Assembly (NCBI GenBank): GCA_033442325.1
Contig: JAWQFM010000016.1
Span: forward strand, 1,221,679 to 1,285,678
Direction: 5' to 3'
Source: Salpingoeca rosetta
Taxonomy: Eukaryota; Protista; Choanoflagellata
Length of the DNA: 64,000 bases
Part shown: in pieces, positions 31,530-54,501 of the stretch
Layout: every line of letters begins with the position of its first letter
Position numbering within the stretch: the stretch's first letter is position 1
Position numbers and translations under genes: made by a program
Notes under the pieces: model-generated
Told to the model about the DNA's origin: nothing
What the model saw: the letters and a program-made list of their open reading frames with translations, nothing else
The model's database searches: none

Positions 31530-31833
31530 CTTGACAAACGGCGCTCAATCGAAACAGATACAGGGAAAGGAAGGTGGATGGATATGGGGGCGGGTGGAGA
31601 AGGACAGCAGCGATCGGTTCACAAAGCACACAACGACTTTCTTCAAGCAAGCAAGCAGTGGCAAACACAAAACCAAAACAACAAAGTGGCTTGAAAATTG
31701 GTGTATATTTTCAGTGGCTTTTCAGCAACACCACACAACTGGCTTGAACAGCAGCGGTGGTGTTGTCCTCGCTGCTTCGGACACCTTGCACAAACGCATC
31801 ACCCACCCAGCCTCCTGCAGTCCCACAGTCAGG

Positions 31834-34280
<2,447 letters not shown>

Positions 34281-34528
34281 TCATCATGGTGCGCGAGGGG
34301 GGACGGCTGTGGTGGTGCAGTGGTTGGTTGAGACAAGCGTGCACGCGTGCGTGTGTTCAATAACATGACAACGTAGTGCCAGTAGTTGCAGCATGAGTAA
34401 ACGAACACCATCACGTCATGTCAAGTCATCACATCACACAAGTCAACGCGTCATCATCGTCAATCAGCATCAAAGACACAGCAACCATAAAGGACACCCA
34501 TTTCCACAAACACACTGCGCACCACACC

Positions 34529-35121
34529 ATGCGAGCGCTTACACTGGAAGGGGCGCATGCGTTGGCTGTGCTGCTGCTGCCGCTGGTGGTGTGCGGCAAT
34601 GGCCTAATCGTCTCGCTGCTCGCCGTCATCGCTGTTGCTCTCATCGGCATGGCCATCCGCTTCTACCTGCTCACAGGTTAGGTGTGTGTGTCTGTGTCTG
34701 TGTCTGTGTGTGCCTGTGTGTACCTGTGTGTGTAAGTGAGTGTGTGTGTGTGTGTACCTGTGTGTGTGTATGTGTGTGCCTGTGTCTGTGTCTGTGTCTG
34801 TGTCTGTGTCTGTGTCTGTGTGTGTGTGTGTATGTGTGTGTGTGTGCCTGTGTGTACCTGTGTGTGTGTGCCTGTGTCTGTGCCTGTGTCTGTGCCTGTA
34901 TCTGTCTCTCTAGCTGCCTGTCTGCATGTCTGCCTCTCTATCTGTCTGAGTGCACGCCTCAACCCTTGTGTCACCACCGCAGTTGGAGGGCGCAGAAAGC
35001 CCAAGCTGCAGGGCATCACGTATTCGCACTACGTGGAGCGGGTCAGATGGGCCATGCAGCGTGTGGGCATGGACTTTGAGGAGGAGCAAGCCGCTGGCAT
35101 CCTCGGCATCCTCCTACTCGT

Positions 35122-35180
<59 letters not shown>

Positions 35181-35240
35181 GTGTGTGTGTGTGTGTCTGT
35201 CTGTCTGTGCCTGTCCGTCTGTCTGTCTGTCTGTCCGTCC

Positions 35241-35310
<70 letters not shown>

Positions 35311-35798
35311 GCACGTGTACGTGTACGTGTCCCATTGCCTTTCGCAATGGCTGTTTCTATCCTCCGTTGCACGCACATGGCTGACGCTCACCGCATGCTG
35401 GCGTGCTTCACTGCAGGGTCGCACAGTGCCACGGCTCATCATCCCTGCACAGCGAACATCAATCGGAGACTCCACAGCCATCCTCAAGTACATCTGGGCC
35501 ACATATCAAGGGTACGCGGCTTGCTGACGATCTGACCTGTTCCTGTCTGCCTCTGCCCGAAACGTTGCAGTCACCCACTCAACCCATTCAACCCACTCAA
35601 CCCACTCCACTCACAGCACGAAGGAGGAAGACAAGGCTGACTTCCTCAAGGTCACACCCGAGATTGAAGAGCTCAGCAAGAAGATCGACAGAGCTTTCGG
35701 CCTCCACTCCCGCCGATGGGTACGGGCGTGTGTGTGTGTGTGTCTGTGTCTGTGTCTGTGTCTGTGTCTGTGTCTGTGTGTGTCTGTGTGTGTGTGTG

Positions 35799-35865
<67 letters not shown>

Positions 35866-36179
35866 GTCGCTCTGCCTCTACTCGTCTGTCTGCCTCTGCG
35901 CTCTGTCGACATCTCTTTCTGCATCACCTTGGGTTGCATTCCTCATCCTGCCCCTCGCGCCCATCTCGTGCTGCTGCCCTTAGCTCTACTACCACACCTT
36001 GAAGGTGCCTGCCATTGGCAAGTTCGTCTGGGGCATGCGCGAGACGCGCAACGTGCCGGCATGGCAGCGTCTCGTCGTGCGATACGGCTACCAGCCACTC
36101 AGGTGCAGCTCCGTGTGCGTTCGTGCGTGTGTCTGTGTCTGTGTCTGTGTCTGTGTGTGCGTGTGTGTGTGTGTGTGTT

Positions 36180-36216
<37 letters not shown>

Positions 36217-37231
36217 ATGCGTCTGGGGAGAACGAAAGCAAGAGAGCCAAGCTTCAATGTTGGGTGACATGTTGCTGTCGTTGGCCAACCATGTCATGTT
36301 CGTACGCTACACATTGTGTGTGTGTGCAGGTATGTGCTGACCAAAATGCTTGGAGTGAGCAGGAGCAACGCCCGCAAGTCCTTGGCGATTGTCAAGGTAT
36401 GAAACGCAACATCGGGTGTGTTGCGTGCACCCTCACTCACCCACGCACACCCACGCACGTACACGCACTCACACACGCACTCTAACACGCACTCGCACAC
36501 ACACACACTCTCTCTCACTCTCTCACCCACCCACTCACCCACACGCACACACACACACACACACTGTCAGGAGCTTTACGACGAGCTGGATGCGCTCTTT
36601 GCTGACGGGCGGCCGTACATATGTGGCGATCACTTTACCATCGCTGACATCACCCTCGCCAGCCTCGGCGCACTCACAACACTGCCCGAAGGATACACAG
36701 GTGTGGGCGCAAGGCGTGGCGCGTGGCTTGGTTCGGCATTTGTTGTTGCATGTGTACTTTGACTTCTTTTCGTCACTGCCACCGTCACTGCCTCACCACC
36801 ACTGCCACTGCCACTTGCTTGTCTCCCTCCGTCTCCTTGCAGGCGGCGCTGCCGAGCACGCGCTGCTGTCGATTGATGACATGAAAGCGATGGGCGTTGA
36901 TCTCGCCTTTGTGGAGGAGATTCAGTCCTTCCGCCAGCGGCCAACCGGACGCCACATCCTGCGCATGTATGCGCAAGAACGCTCTCACGTGATGCAATCA
37001 TCATCGGCAGCATCGTCAACGTCGGAACCAGTGTCAGCATCAGCATCAGCACCAACACAACAGCTGCCCTCATCATCTACAACATCAACATCGACGACAT
37101 CAGAGCATGATCTTCATGGGAAGAACACAAGCACTGATGCAGCCAAGAGCGAACAACATACGCCGGCACCCAATACACAGACAGACAGCAGCGATGGTGA
37201 AGGCAGTCGAGACGCCAAAAAGGACCTGTAG
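34529..37231 (+). CDS. Glutathione S-transferase-like protein with N-terminal hydrophobic anchor and C-terminal KKDL; 8 exons
   Basis: GST-N motifs ITYSHYVERVRWAM, GRTVPRL (cis-Pro), IGDSTAILKYI; GST-C motifs LFADGRPYICGDHFTIADITLASL and FRQRPTGRHILRMYAQER; exon 1 is hydrophobic (ALAVLLLPLVVCGNGLIVSLLAVIAVALIGMAI). Confidence 0.85.
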
Positions 37232-37870
37232 CTGCGTGCGTGTGTATGTGTATGTGTGTGTGTGCGTGCGTGTGTGTGTGCGTGAGGTTGATTACACCCG
37301 TTGTTTCTTCACCCTACCCCCGCCATGTGTGTTGATCTTTTCTGCCTCCTGCGTTATCTGTGAATGGCAACTTGGGCTCTGCACTGCGTTTTACTTCTTC
37401 TCAATCCTAACCACTGCACAGGGAACGAGTTCACTGCTCGCTTGCTTTTTTCCCTGGCCATAAATACAAACGACAACAACAACACCCATCATGAAATGTT
37501 CTCAACACACGCAACACAAACACACACACACACACATAAGCAGAGTCAACCGCACACACACACACACATGCACACATTCTCTCTTAAGCAAGTGAAACCC
37601 AACACAAAAGGGTGAATATGAACAGAAAGGAAGCTTCTATGACAGTTGTATGCACACACATATGAAATTGATGAGTCTAACTGCTTACGCACGGTGAGCT
37701 GTGAGCCACACCCTGCCGCCACCGCCATCCCTACATCCCCCTCCATAGATCACCATCACTATCAATCGTCATCACCATGAACATTCATCACCATCACTAT
37801 CAATCGTCATCACCATGAACATTCATCACCATCCACCGTCCCCGCCATCCATCATCACTGCAGCGTCACG

Positions 37871-39322
37871 TCACTGCCGCTTGATCTGCTCGTAGTCGGG
37901 CAGGTCACGAATCACCAGCGTGCCGTTGTCGTCGACAGAGACAATTGCGTGTCCTTCCAGCGCGTCCCAGGCATCCTGGTGGTGGTTGTTGCAGCCATGG
38001 CGAGTGTTGATGGCAGGTGTTCGTCATAACATGTTTCGAACATCATGCACGTCGTCGTTCGCGCAAGTGTACATGAGCACACACACACACACGCACGCAC
38101 AAGCACACGCACACACACGCACACACACGCACACGCACACACACACACGCACACACACACACGCACACGCACACACGCACACACACACACGCACACGCAC
38201 ACAGAGAAACGGTAGTTGCCCACCTGTGCCTCCTTGACTGTCATGTTTCGGCGGAAGACAGCATCCACATCAATGCCTTCAGTCGTGTCAAGGCGCAACC
38301 GCGAAAGAATCACCATCACCTGCACGCCCCACTGCTTGCTCTCGTATCCAATGCCATCCAGCAGCTTGTAGTTGTCTTTGTGTTCAGATGCAAGCGGACC
38401 ACAGGCGGCCATCACCTGAACAGCCAACGCACGTCGTGGTGTGTGTGCGTGTGTGCGATTGAGTCCTTGTAATTGCTTTCCAGCCAATGTGCGTGAGCGT
38501 GTGGAGGACTTGTGTGTTCGCGAGTGTGAGGGTGGGACCAAGTTTTCTGTGCAACACGGCCATAGCTGCAAGTGCAGTCAATGACAAGAAAGGACGCACC
38601 GATTTCGACACATGCTTGACGTGTGCAATGACATCATCCGCTTGTTCCGCCAGCGTGTTGATTGTCATCTGCATGCACAAACACGTAACACAGATGGCAA
38701 TGTCAATGTGAGTGATAGGAAGAGACAACAGCACCGACAATATCGTGGAGTGGCAACCAACATGATCGCCAAAACACACACACGCTCACTCACACTCACA
38801 CACGCGTCTCGCCCACAACTGCCACCACCATCACCACCGTCACCATTACCACCACCATCACACGATGGTCGCACCTCTTTTAAGCCGCAGATGAGTTTCT
38901 GGGCGGCAATGAACCAGCGGGCCATCGCACGGTGCACATCAGACACCTGCACCCAGAAAATCAGGGGTTGGTTTCATCGTCAGTCGTGCAGAGGCAGCCG
39001 CCCTCAGTTGAGTGGGAGGCGGGGTGCGGACACGCCCGACGACACAGCAGTAGTATTGAACAAGCGTGCTTCGTTGCCAACTTCCACCAACTGTCACCCA
39101 CTATCACCAACTGTCACCAACAATGACCAACACACAACGTCAAGATGCAAACAAAAACAAGAGCACACGTTGGTGTGCGCACCTCGTCGACTAAGCGGTT
39201 GCACTGTGCCATGGTGTCCATGGATATGGCCAGCACCCAATCGCTCGCTTGCGAAAGAATCGGTTTGATTACGTAAGGGCGCGACACGTGCTCCCGCGCC
39301 GCATCCACTTTCAAACGCCTGC

Positions 39323-39417
<95 letters not shown>

Positions 39418-41197
39418 GTGTGTTGGACAACTCAGGCATCACAGCGTGCAACTCCTCACCCACCATCACCAAAGGCACCACCACCATCACCAAAGGCACC
39501 ACCACGACCACGACCACCACCATCACTTGCGTGCATGTGTGCATCCCCGACTCACCAGATACTGATGACCGCCGTCAACTTCTTCAGTTTCTCGTCGTCA
39601 CTCGACTTGTCCGAACGCAGCATCACCAGCCTGGTTGGTGGATGGATGGTTGAAGCGTGCATGCGCATGAATGATCGTTGAGAGTCCACACGCGGCGACA
39701 CTACACATGAGTCGGCCTGATCTACTCCCAAACAGTACACTGCATTGGCATCTCCACACCTTCACGCACACGCACACGCACACGCACACGCGCACGCACA
39801 CGCACACGAACACGCACACGCACACGCACACGCGCACGCACACGCACACACAGATGCCGTACATGCGCTCTGCTTCGTTGCGAAGAAACGCCAATGCATT
39901 CACAAACGCGCTGTTGACGCCAATCCTCTCCTCAACCTGTTGGTGCAAACGGAATTCATGGCGTGAGGACACGCATGGGCACGCATGAACAATGACACCG
40001 CCAGCTTCTGCTGATGGCTGTGTAAACAACGCACGCCTCCCTCCCAAACATCAGACCACCGTCAACAGCAACAGCTATGTCAACTGTCAACCACCATCGT
40101 CAACTGTCATCATCATCACTAACTGAGACAACGAGTGCGGCGACGTCTTCGTTGATGGTCTTGAGCTTGTGCCCGTGTTTCGTTTCAAGCGGTGGGAAGC
40201 ACTTGTTGAGGATTTGAACAACGCGTATACACGTGTCCATGGCACTGTCTACTTGCTTGTCACGTTGCTGGGTTGTTGTACAGTGGGTGAGTGAGTGAGT
40301 GAGTGAGTGAGTGAGTGAGTGAGAGTATGTGTGAGTGAGTGAGTGAGTAAGTGAGTGAATGTGTGAGTGAGTGTGTGAGTGAGTGAGTGAGTGAGTGAGT
40401 GAGTGTGAGTGAGTGAGTGTGTGTCAAAGCGGGAGGGCGATGATGCGCACCAACGTTGACGTTCACACGTGCAACGCTGCAGGTGTTGCTATACAGCATC
40501 GTCACCAACATCGTCAACAATAGTGGCATTGTGATGAACATGATGACACCACAACCCAGTGCTCACCTGCAAATCTGAGAGCCGAATCCCGATGAAACTG
40601 TCCAGAACATCAGACAGCGCCCTGCACACACAGGCACACACACATGACCACAATGTCAGCGTGATCGTTTCAGTCATGGCTGTCATATCACATGACACAT
40701 TCACAGCGGGCACGCACTTCATGCCAATGTTTGCGCTCACCGTTCCCAATGCTCGAGCGTGGAAATGGCGCGCGCAATAACTTTGCCTGCAGGCAAAATG
40801 GAAACACACACACACACGCACACACGCACACAAACACAAACACACGCACAAAACGCAAGAAAGCACATCCCCGCACACGCATTACACACGTGAGTGAATG
40901 AATCGAACAGTAAACAAGCCCCTAACACCAGAGAACATGAGCAATGATGACAACGCAACATACTCGCAATTCGAAAGCACCAGATAGCTGAAACATCCAA
41001 GCAAGAAGGACAGCAGTGACTGCGATGACGTCAGCGTACTCTTGGGCATGCGATCCAGCGCCGTTGCCTCAAGGCCGTGTGTGATTGCATCAAGGCCTTC
41101 CTCCAATTCCTGCCAAATTGCACAAAGGCGCAACACGAGTTGACAGCGCACGCGTGGTGGCGTGTCATGGTTGTGAGCAACAACCTCAAGCCAAAGT

Positions 41198-41229
<32 letters not shown>

Positions 41230-44165
41230 GTACAGCAAGCGCACAAATACAAACACGGTGCGGTATTCAAGTGCCATCCCAATTGCATAGTCATCTGCGC
41301 ATGACAACACCTTGACGACGGCGAGGAGCGAAGTGTCATCTTGCTGCAACTTTCGATACAGCATCGACATCTGTGTACATACGCGCACGGGCACACATGC
41401 ACAGCGTTGATGGAGGGCATGTATCGAGTGAGGGATACTGGGAGTCAACATGTCATGTGCATCACATGGCAGGCATCCAATATGCACGTCGTTCTCGTTG
41501 CTGCCAACACCGCCACCACAAACAGCCGTCGTGGCCGCACGAGCCACAATCACGGCATGACTCCCAAACACATTCCCATCACCCACAATCCCATTCCCCT
41601 CACCCTCTTCCTCTCCCTCTCGCCTCCCCTCCAAGCCCTTTTTATTTTCTCGGCCCACCTCGCGTTTCCACATGGTTTCCGCCTGCTTGAGATTGCGCAC
41701 AGCCCTTGTGCTATCGTCTTTGAGGCGCAGCGTAAACTTGAGCCCGAGCGAATTCCACGTCGACTGGTGCAACTGTAGTTGGTGATCATGGTGGTGGTTG
41801 TGGTGGTGGCGTGAAGTGTTGTGGTGGTGGTGTGACGTGAAGTGTTGTGGTGAGAAAGAAACCTCGAGCCCACCCCCCTTTCCAACCCCGTACCCTGTGC
41901 ACAACAACAACAACAGCCACCACCCACCCACCCCCCTTTTTTTCCATCGCAATCAGCATGCGGATGATCAGTGAACGCACCCTGAGTTTCTGCAGCAGCG
42001 TCAGGTCTTTGCTGTCCGCCATCGTGGACGCCATGTCAAATGCAGCCTGCACACACACACACACATACACACACATACACACACACATGCATACGCACAC
42101 ACACACACATACACACACACATACCAAGATGAGCTGGGAGACAAGGATTGTGACGCTCACACAAGCGTCACTCAATACAATGCTTCCCTTTCCACCTTAG
42201 ATTACCATACACCCCTTCATCATCACCCCTTCGTCATCACCTTGCACCAGGCATCCCGTTCCTCTGCAAGCTTGTCCGCTTTGCTCGCTAGCCGCACCCG
42301 CTGCAGCTCATACAGATCTAAACGGCCAAACGACACACACCATGGTGACGTGCACAAACCACATTCACGTGCGTGTGTGTGTGTGTGCGTGTGTAAGTGC
42401 GCGTGTGAGTAAGAGTGTGCGAGTGCGCGTTTGAGTAATGTGCTGTTTCACAAACACAAAGTAGCGCCAGATGTGAGACAGACGCACAAGCGCGCGCAAC
42501 CATGTGCATACGGCCACGGCCGCACCTTTGAGTTCGTGTGCAACGTCTTGCGGCGTTTGGATGTAGTCCTCAGGATGATCGACCTGACACAATGGATGGT
42601 GGACACATAGACACGCACACGCGTGGAAACCAAGAGAACCACACCGTCAAGGTCATTGCATCCGGTCGTTCTCAAACACGCAGGAACCCAAACGTGCAAA
42701 CGTACGCGCATGCACACACGCATGTACACGTACGTACGTGCGTACCAACACACACACACACATATACAGAGAGAGCGAGACACACACACACACACGCACC
42801 TGCGTTGCCTGGAAGTGTTTGCTGGCAATGTCTTTGACGACATCACGAGATACAGCCAATCCGGCAACAGCAGCGTTGACCTGATGCGCCACGATGATCA
42901 TGGTGAGCGTCATGACGATGACAGTGATGGTGATGATGACGAAGATATATGATGAATGTGACCAGGAGGTGCTGCACGGGCACGTGTGTGAATACTTGGC
43001 TCCTAGACACACACACACAACACATACACACACATACAAGCACACACAACACACACACATACAAGCACACACAACACATACACACACATACAAGCACACA
43101 CAACACACAAGCACCTTCTGTTGAAACGTTTGTAGGGTGGCACTGATGTGATCGTTGATTTTGCTGAGCGTCTCAATCTCTTGCTTCAGCATTTCAGTCT
43201 GGCCATGACGAACGGGAAGAGAACACCAATATCAAGCCGACACAGTTAAGCGCCATCAATCACAAGACAACAGGCAGCCAGCTCACATGCACATACAGAG
43301 CCACATTGCACTCAGACACAGAGACACAATACCTACAGCACACAGGAACGGAGACATACAGCACACACCATATCACATGCACACATCATGTCAAATCACA
43401 TGCATACAACACATCACACACAGTTGGCATTACGTACGGCGAGCGGGAGACGTTTGAAGATTGCGCTGTAACGCTGCTGCACGCGTGTCAGGTAGTGTGC
43501 ATTGGACGAATCCTTGGTCACAATCTGCACACAGGGTCAGCACAGCTACGTGAGCGCGTGCACACTGTATTTGGGCGATGGGTACGGGATTGTCCATCCA
43601 CATGAAGAACAACACGCCATCACACACACAACACAAACACACACGCACACGCACACAACACAAACACACAAACACACGCGCACACAAACACACAAACACA
43701 CACTCTCACATACAACACACACCTGCTTGACAATCTCACGAAGGCAGGCATCCAGGAGCTTTGCCTCCGTGTGTACGGACGTCAGCTCGTCATCCACGCT
43801 CTCGGACTTCTGCTCATGCCGCCCGCCGTCTTGCAGCAGCACATCTCGAAGCAAGTCTGTGCTGCCCATGAACTCGCGCGCAAACGGTGCTGTGCTTGAG
43901 CGGTACTGAAAGGAGGAGCCTCGTGCGGCATCAAATGCTGCTGCGTCGTCGCCCGCGCTGACAATGCTGGCAGCGTCGCCGGCGTCGCTGTCTGCGTCGC
44001 CGCTCTGCGACAAGTTGGCGCCGTCATCGTCGGCGCCGTTGTTGCTGCTGACGCTCGCTTCAGCATCAGCTCCGCTCCCGCGTATTCTCGACAGCTGTCG
44101 CTGTCGCTGCTGTAGGAGTTGTTGTTGCTGTGATTGCTTGGCCCAAGCAAGGCGCTGGTCCTGCG

Positions 44166-44196
<31 letters not shown>

Positions 44197-44382
44197 TTGC
44201 CGCGATGGTGGAAACGGTCGTTGTGGTGATCCCGTCTGCTGTGGTTGCTGCTGGGACGGCTTTCTTGGCGGCTGTCGCCGACGTCTGGACATGACCAGCT
44301 CATCTGGCACCACATGGCTCCTGCTCCTCAGTGCTTCGCCAGTAGGCGGCCGCAGCGGAGGCAGCTCCGTCGGGTGCGACAT
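37871..44382 (-). CDS. AXDND1: Axonemal dynein light chain domain-containing protein 1-like (AXDND1), multi-exon
   Basis: [18 protein letters not shown]|[19 protein letters not shown] resembles the Ax_dynein_light domain. [26 protein letters not shown]|[22 protein letters not shown]|[13 protein letters not shown] aligns by eye with recalled vertebrate AXDND1 ([29 protein letters not shown]...). Last exon ends [10 protein letters not shown]. Confidence 0.7.
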
Positions 44383-44805
44383 GTCAAGCAGCCAACCCGC
44401 GCCAAACGATGCCAGCCAGCTGACAATGGAAGAGGATGCAAGGTGACAACGAACGCTTCGCTGTCCCTGGCTTTGCTTTCCTTTTGCTCTCGCCTTCTCT
44501 GTGTGTCCTCAAGATCCGTGCTGGCGACCACACATGCACACACGCACACACGCACGCACACGCACACACGCACACGCACACGCACGCGAAGAAGAAGTAA
44601 CAGGCACCACAAGTGCGAAGCTGAGGTGTGCGGGTGTGTGGAAGGAGTGCGGCTGTTTGATGCTGCTGCGAATTCGTTGTTCTTGTTGCCAAGAATTCAG
44701 AAATATGGCCATATCTTTTAGGGGTTTTCCGTAACCACCGCTGCCAGGACGAGCAAGCAAGCAAGACAAGCAAGGCAAACAAGACAAGACCAGGAAACGG
44801 CAGCC
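44383..44805. promoter_or_regulatory. Putative bidirectional promoter between AXDND1 and ARMC9 with RFX X-box-like half-sites
   Basis: 423 bp between divergent ATGs; GTTGCCAAG (44685-44693), GGTGACAAC (44442-44450), palindrome ATATGGCCATAT (44703-44714). Confidence 0.55.
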
Positions 44806-52227
<7,422 letters not shown>

Positions 52228-52996
52228 TCGAATGCGCTGCGTATGGACAACTGTGTGCATTTTGAGGCGCTTTTGAACACGCTTCTTCATCAACTACCCG
52301 TGTCAGTTTGTGTCAATCACATCATTTTCATGCCACACAAAATTATTGAACAACACAGCAAACGTTGACACGAACTGACGTGAGTTTGAGAGTTTTAAAA
52401 TGCGCGAGCCAGGTCGCACGGCGGCCTTGCATTTCATGACACCGTGCAGAATGACATTGTTGCGTTATGAGTTCTTGCGTGCTGATTCCGAGAAACCAAT
52501 GGCTGTTTAAATGCATTGCATAAGCACACGCATTTGCATATCAAATGTAGACCACTCACTTCACCCGTACTAGCCAGTGAAGCATGCGCTGCCAGCTTTG
52601 TGAATTGATTCCACTGGGTCAAGTCCTTCAGTTCCCTTCTGAGGGACTTCAAGGAGGTGGCGTGTGCGCTGTAAGTATTGCAAGCCTTGCAAGGATTGCA
52701 GGGTTGTTTCCTGGAATCAGCGACCGCACAGCAGAGCAGAAGTGTACAGCCCGCCACTCATGGACTTTGTGCGCCTGTAAGTCACGTGGGCGCTGCCCAG
52801 CGTGAGGGCTCGTGGCCATCTTCCCACCATTGTGGACTTGCAGGTTCATTTCTTCGACCAACGTGAACACCACCGCGTCTCGAGGTACACAAGCGATCGT
52901 CAAGCAGGCCATATCAACCTCACAACACGTCACTCCTTCGCAAGACCCCCAAGACCCCAAGAACTCGCGCTATCAAGGCACCGCAGCAGCCCAAAG

Positions 52997-54067
52997 ATGT
53001 CAGCAATCCAGCCACAGACAACAGCCCAAAGCGTCGCTCCGAGTTTGGGGAGCGGAGCAAGCGACTTCTGGCCAGTATGGCTGCAGACAGCCCAAGACTC
53101 GCCCTGCAGCATCTTCGATCTCGCCAGCGAGCACCAGAAGCCTTGGCGATCCATCAACGCAGTCACCGCAGTGACAGGGGCTGCCGCAAGAACAGCCCGT
53201 CGGGCTCGCCGCAACTCGCTCAACAACGCGAGCAACAGCGTTGCCGACAACACCTGCTCATGGCCCGGGCACCCCGCCGCGACACGCGCTGACGACACAA
53301 AGAGCGCCGAGGCCGAGCAGGACGATCTGTGCGACGAAGACATCTTTCGCGCCGTGTACGGGCATGTGTTTCAGCTGCAATTCGCCAACCGCACACGCAG
53401 CGTGCCGGACCTCTTCCTCGCTTCCCAGGCAGCAAGCGAGGAGCACACAACGGAGACAGGCCGCGCCAGCAACGTCCAGCATCAGATGGATCTTCATGCG
53501 GACACAGCGTGGACATCAACAATGACGATGAGAGGCGCTCGGCGCCAGCGTCCCACAGCAGCAGTACCACCACCGCCATCATCGCCGATGCGCTCTGGCA
53601 AGTGGAGGCAACGCGCATCATTCGTGTGGCAGATGCTGTGCAGGCCGGTACAGTTGTTGCGGCTGCAGCCGCGCAACCGCGCCACGCAGGGGAGCGTGCC
53701 ACGTCGCAAGAGCGCCCCGTGCCTGAGCCATGCTCTGGCGGCACCGTCGCTTCTGTCACCAGCAGCACCAACGACAGCCGTGACAGCACAGATGTCCGCG
53801 CCAGGGTACTACTCGCAGGCGGAGATGGACTTGGCGCAGCGCCGCCGTGGCCAGCATTCCTGGGGCACAGACGTGCAGTACGCGTGTGTCCAGGATGACG
53901 AAGACGAGGATGGGAACAGCGTGTCGGACTTTGGGTACGGCGCTACTGCCGAGTACACGGAGGTGGACGCCACCTTCTCCGTCGCACTCTCACCCTCGTC
54001 CCCATCACCACCGGTCATCTGGCAGGGTGGTGACGAAGAGAGCGTGCTTGACTTTATGTCGATGTAG
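52997..54067 (+). CDS. Intronless hypothetical protein (~356 aa), no recognised domain
   Basis: Microsatellite-free, GC-rich open frame (track ORF 52802-54067); first ATG at 52997 (MSAIQPQTT); (GT)n repeats resume right after the stop. Confidence 0.6.
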   Translation: MSAIQPQTTAQSVAPSLGSGASDFWPVWLQTAQDSPCSIFDLASEHQKPWRSINAVTAVTGAAARTARRARRNSLNNASNSVADNTCSWPGHPAATRADDTKSAEAEQDDLCDEDIFRAVYGHVFQLQFANRTRSVPDLFLASQAASEEHTTETGRASNVQHQMDLHADTAWTSTMTMRGARRQRPTAAVPPPPSSPMRSGKWRQRASFVWQMLCRPVQLLRLQPRNRATQGSVPRRKSAPCLSHALAAPSLLSPAAPTTAVTAQMSAPGYYSQAEMDLAQRRRGQHSWGTDVQYACVQDDEDEDGNSVSDFGYGATAEYTEVDATFSVALSPSSPSPPVIWQGGDEESVLDFMSM

Positions 54068-54501
54068 GTGTAATGACGTGCAAATGTATGTGTGTGTGTG
54101 TGTGAGTGTGTGTGTATGTGTGTGTATGTGTGTGTATGAGAGAGAGAGAGAGAGTATGTGTGTGTGTGAGCAATGTTGAAGTGTTACATCTCTCCCCCCT
54201 CCCTGCAGCAGCCAAGCGAAGAACTGAAAGACAGCCTGCCAGTCAGTTGCGCTCTGCATCTGCTCCTCCTCCTTGTTCCGGGTTGATTTCTTGCTTCCAT
54301 GCTTCCATACTTCCATCTCAAGACCCCTCCTTGTTTTCGTTGCCTTGGCGCAAGTCGCTTTCAACGCCCCCAGTACACGAAGAGGAAGACACAGAGTTCA
54401 AGCAGAGGGTTGAAGGGTGTGGGGCGTGCAGCTAACAAATCACACATTCACACACAAAAAAGCAACAGTCACACAGAAAGCAACAGCGCTGCTGGCTGAC
54501 G

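Noticed and set aside
37751-37831. ~39-bp tandem duplication between the convergent GST and AXDND1 3' ends
   Set aside because: Simple slippage duplication in CAT/CAC-rich UTR sequence; no terminal inverted repeats or other element hallmarks.
52299-52382. Hairpin considered as a SECIS element
   Set aside because: No AUGA/GA quartet at the right positions, and ARMC9 ends in TAA with no in-frame TGA noticed.
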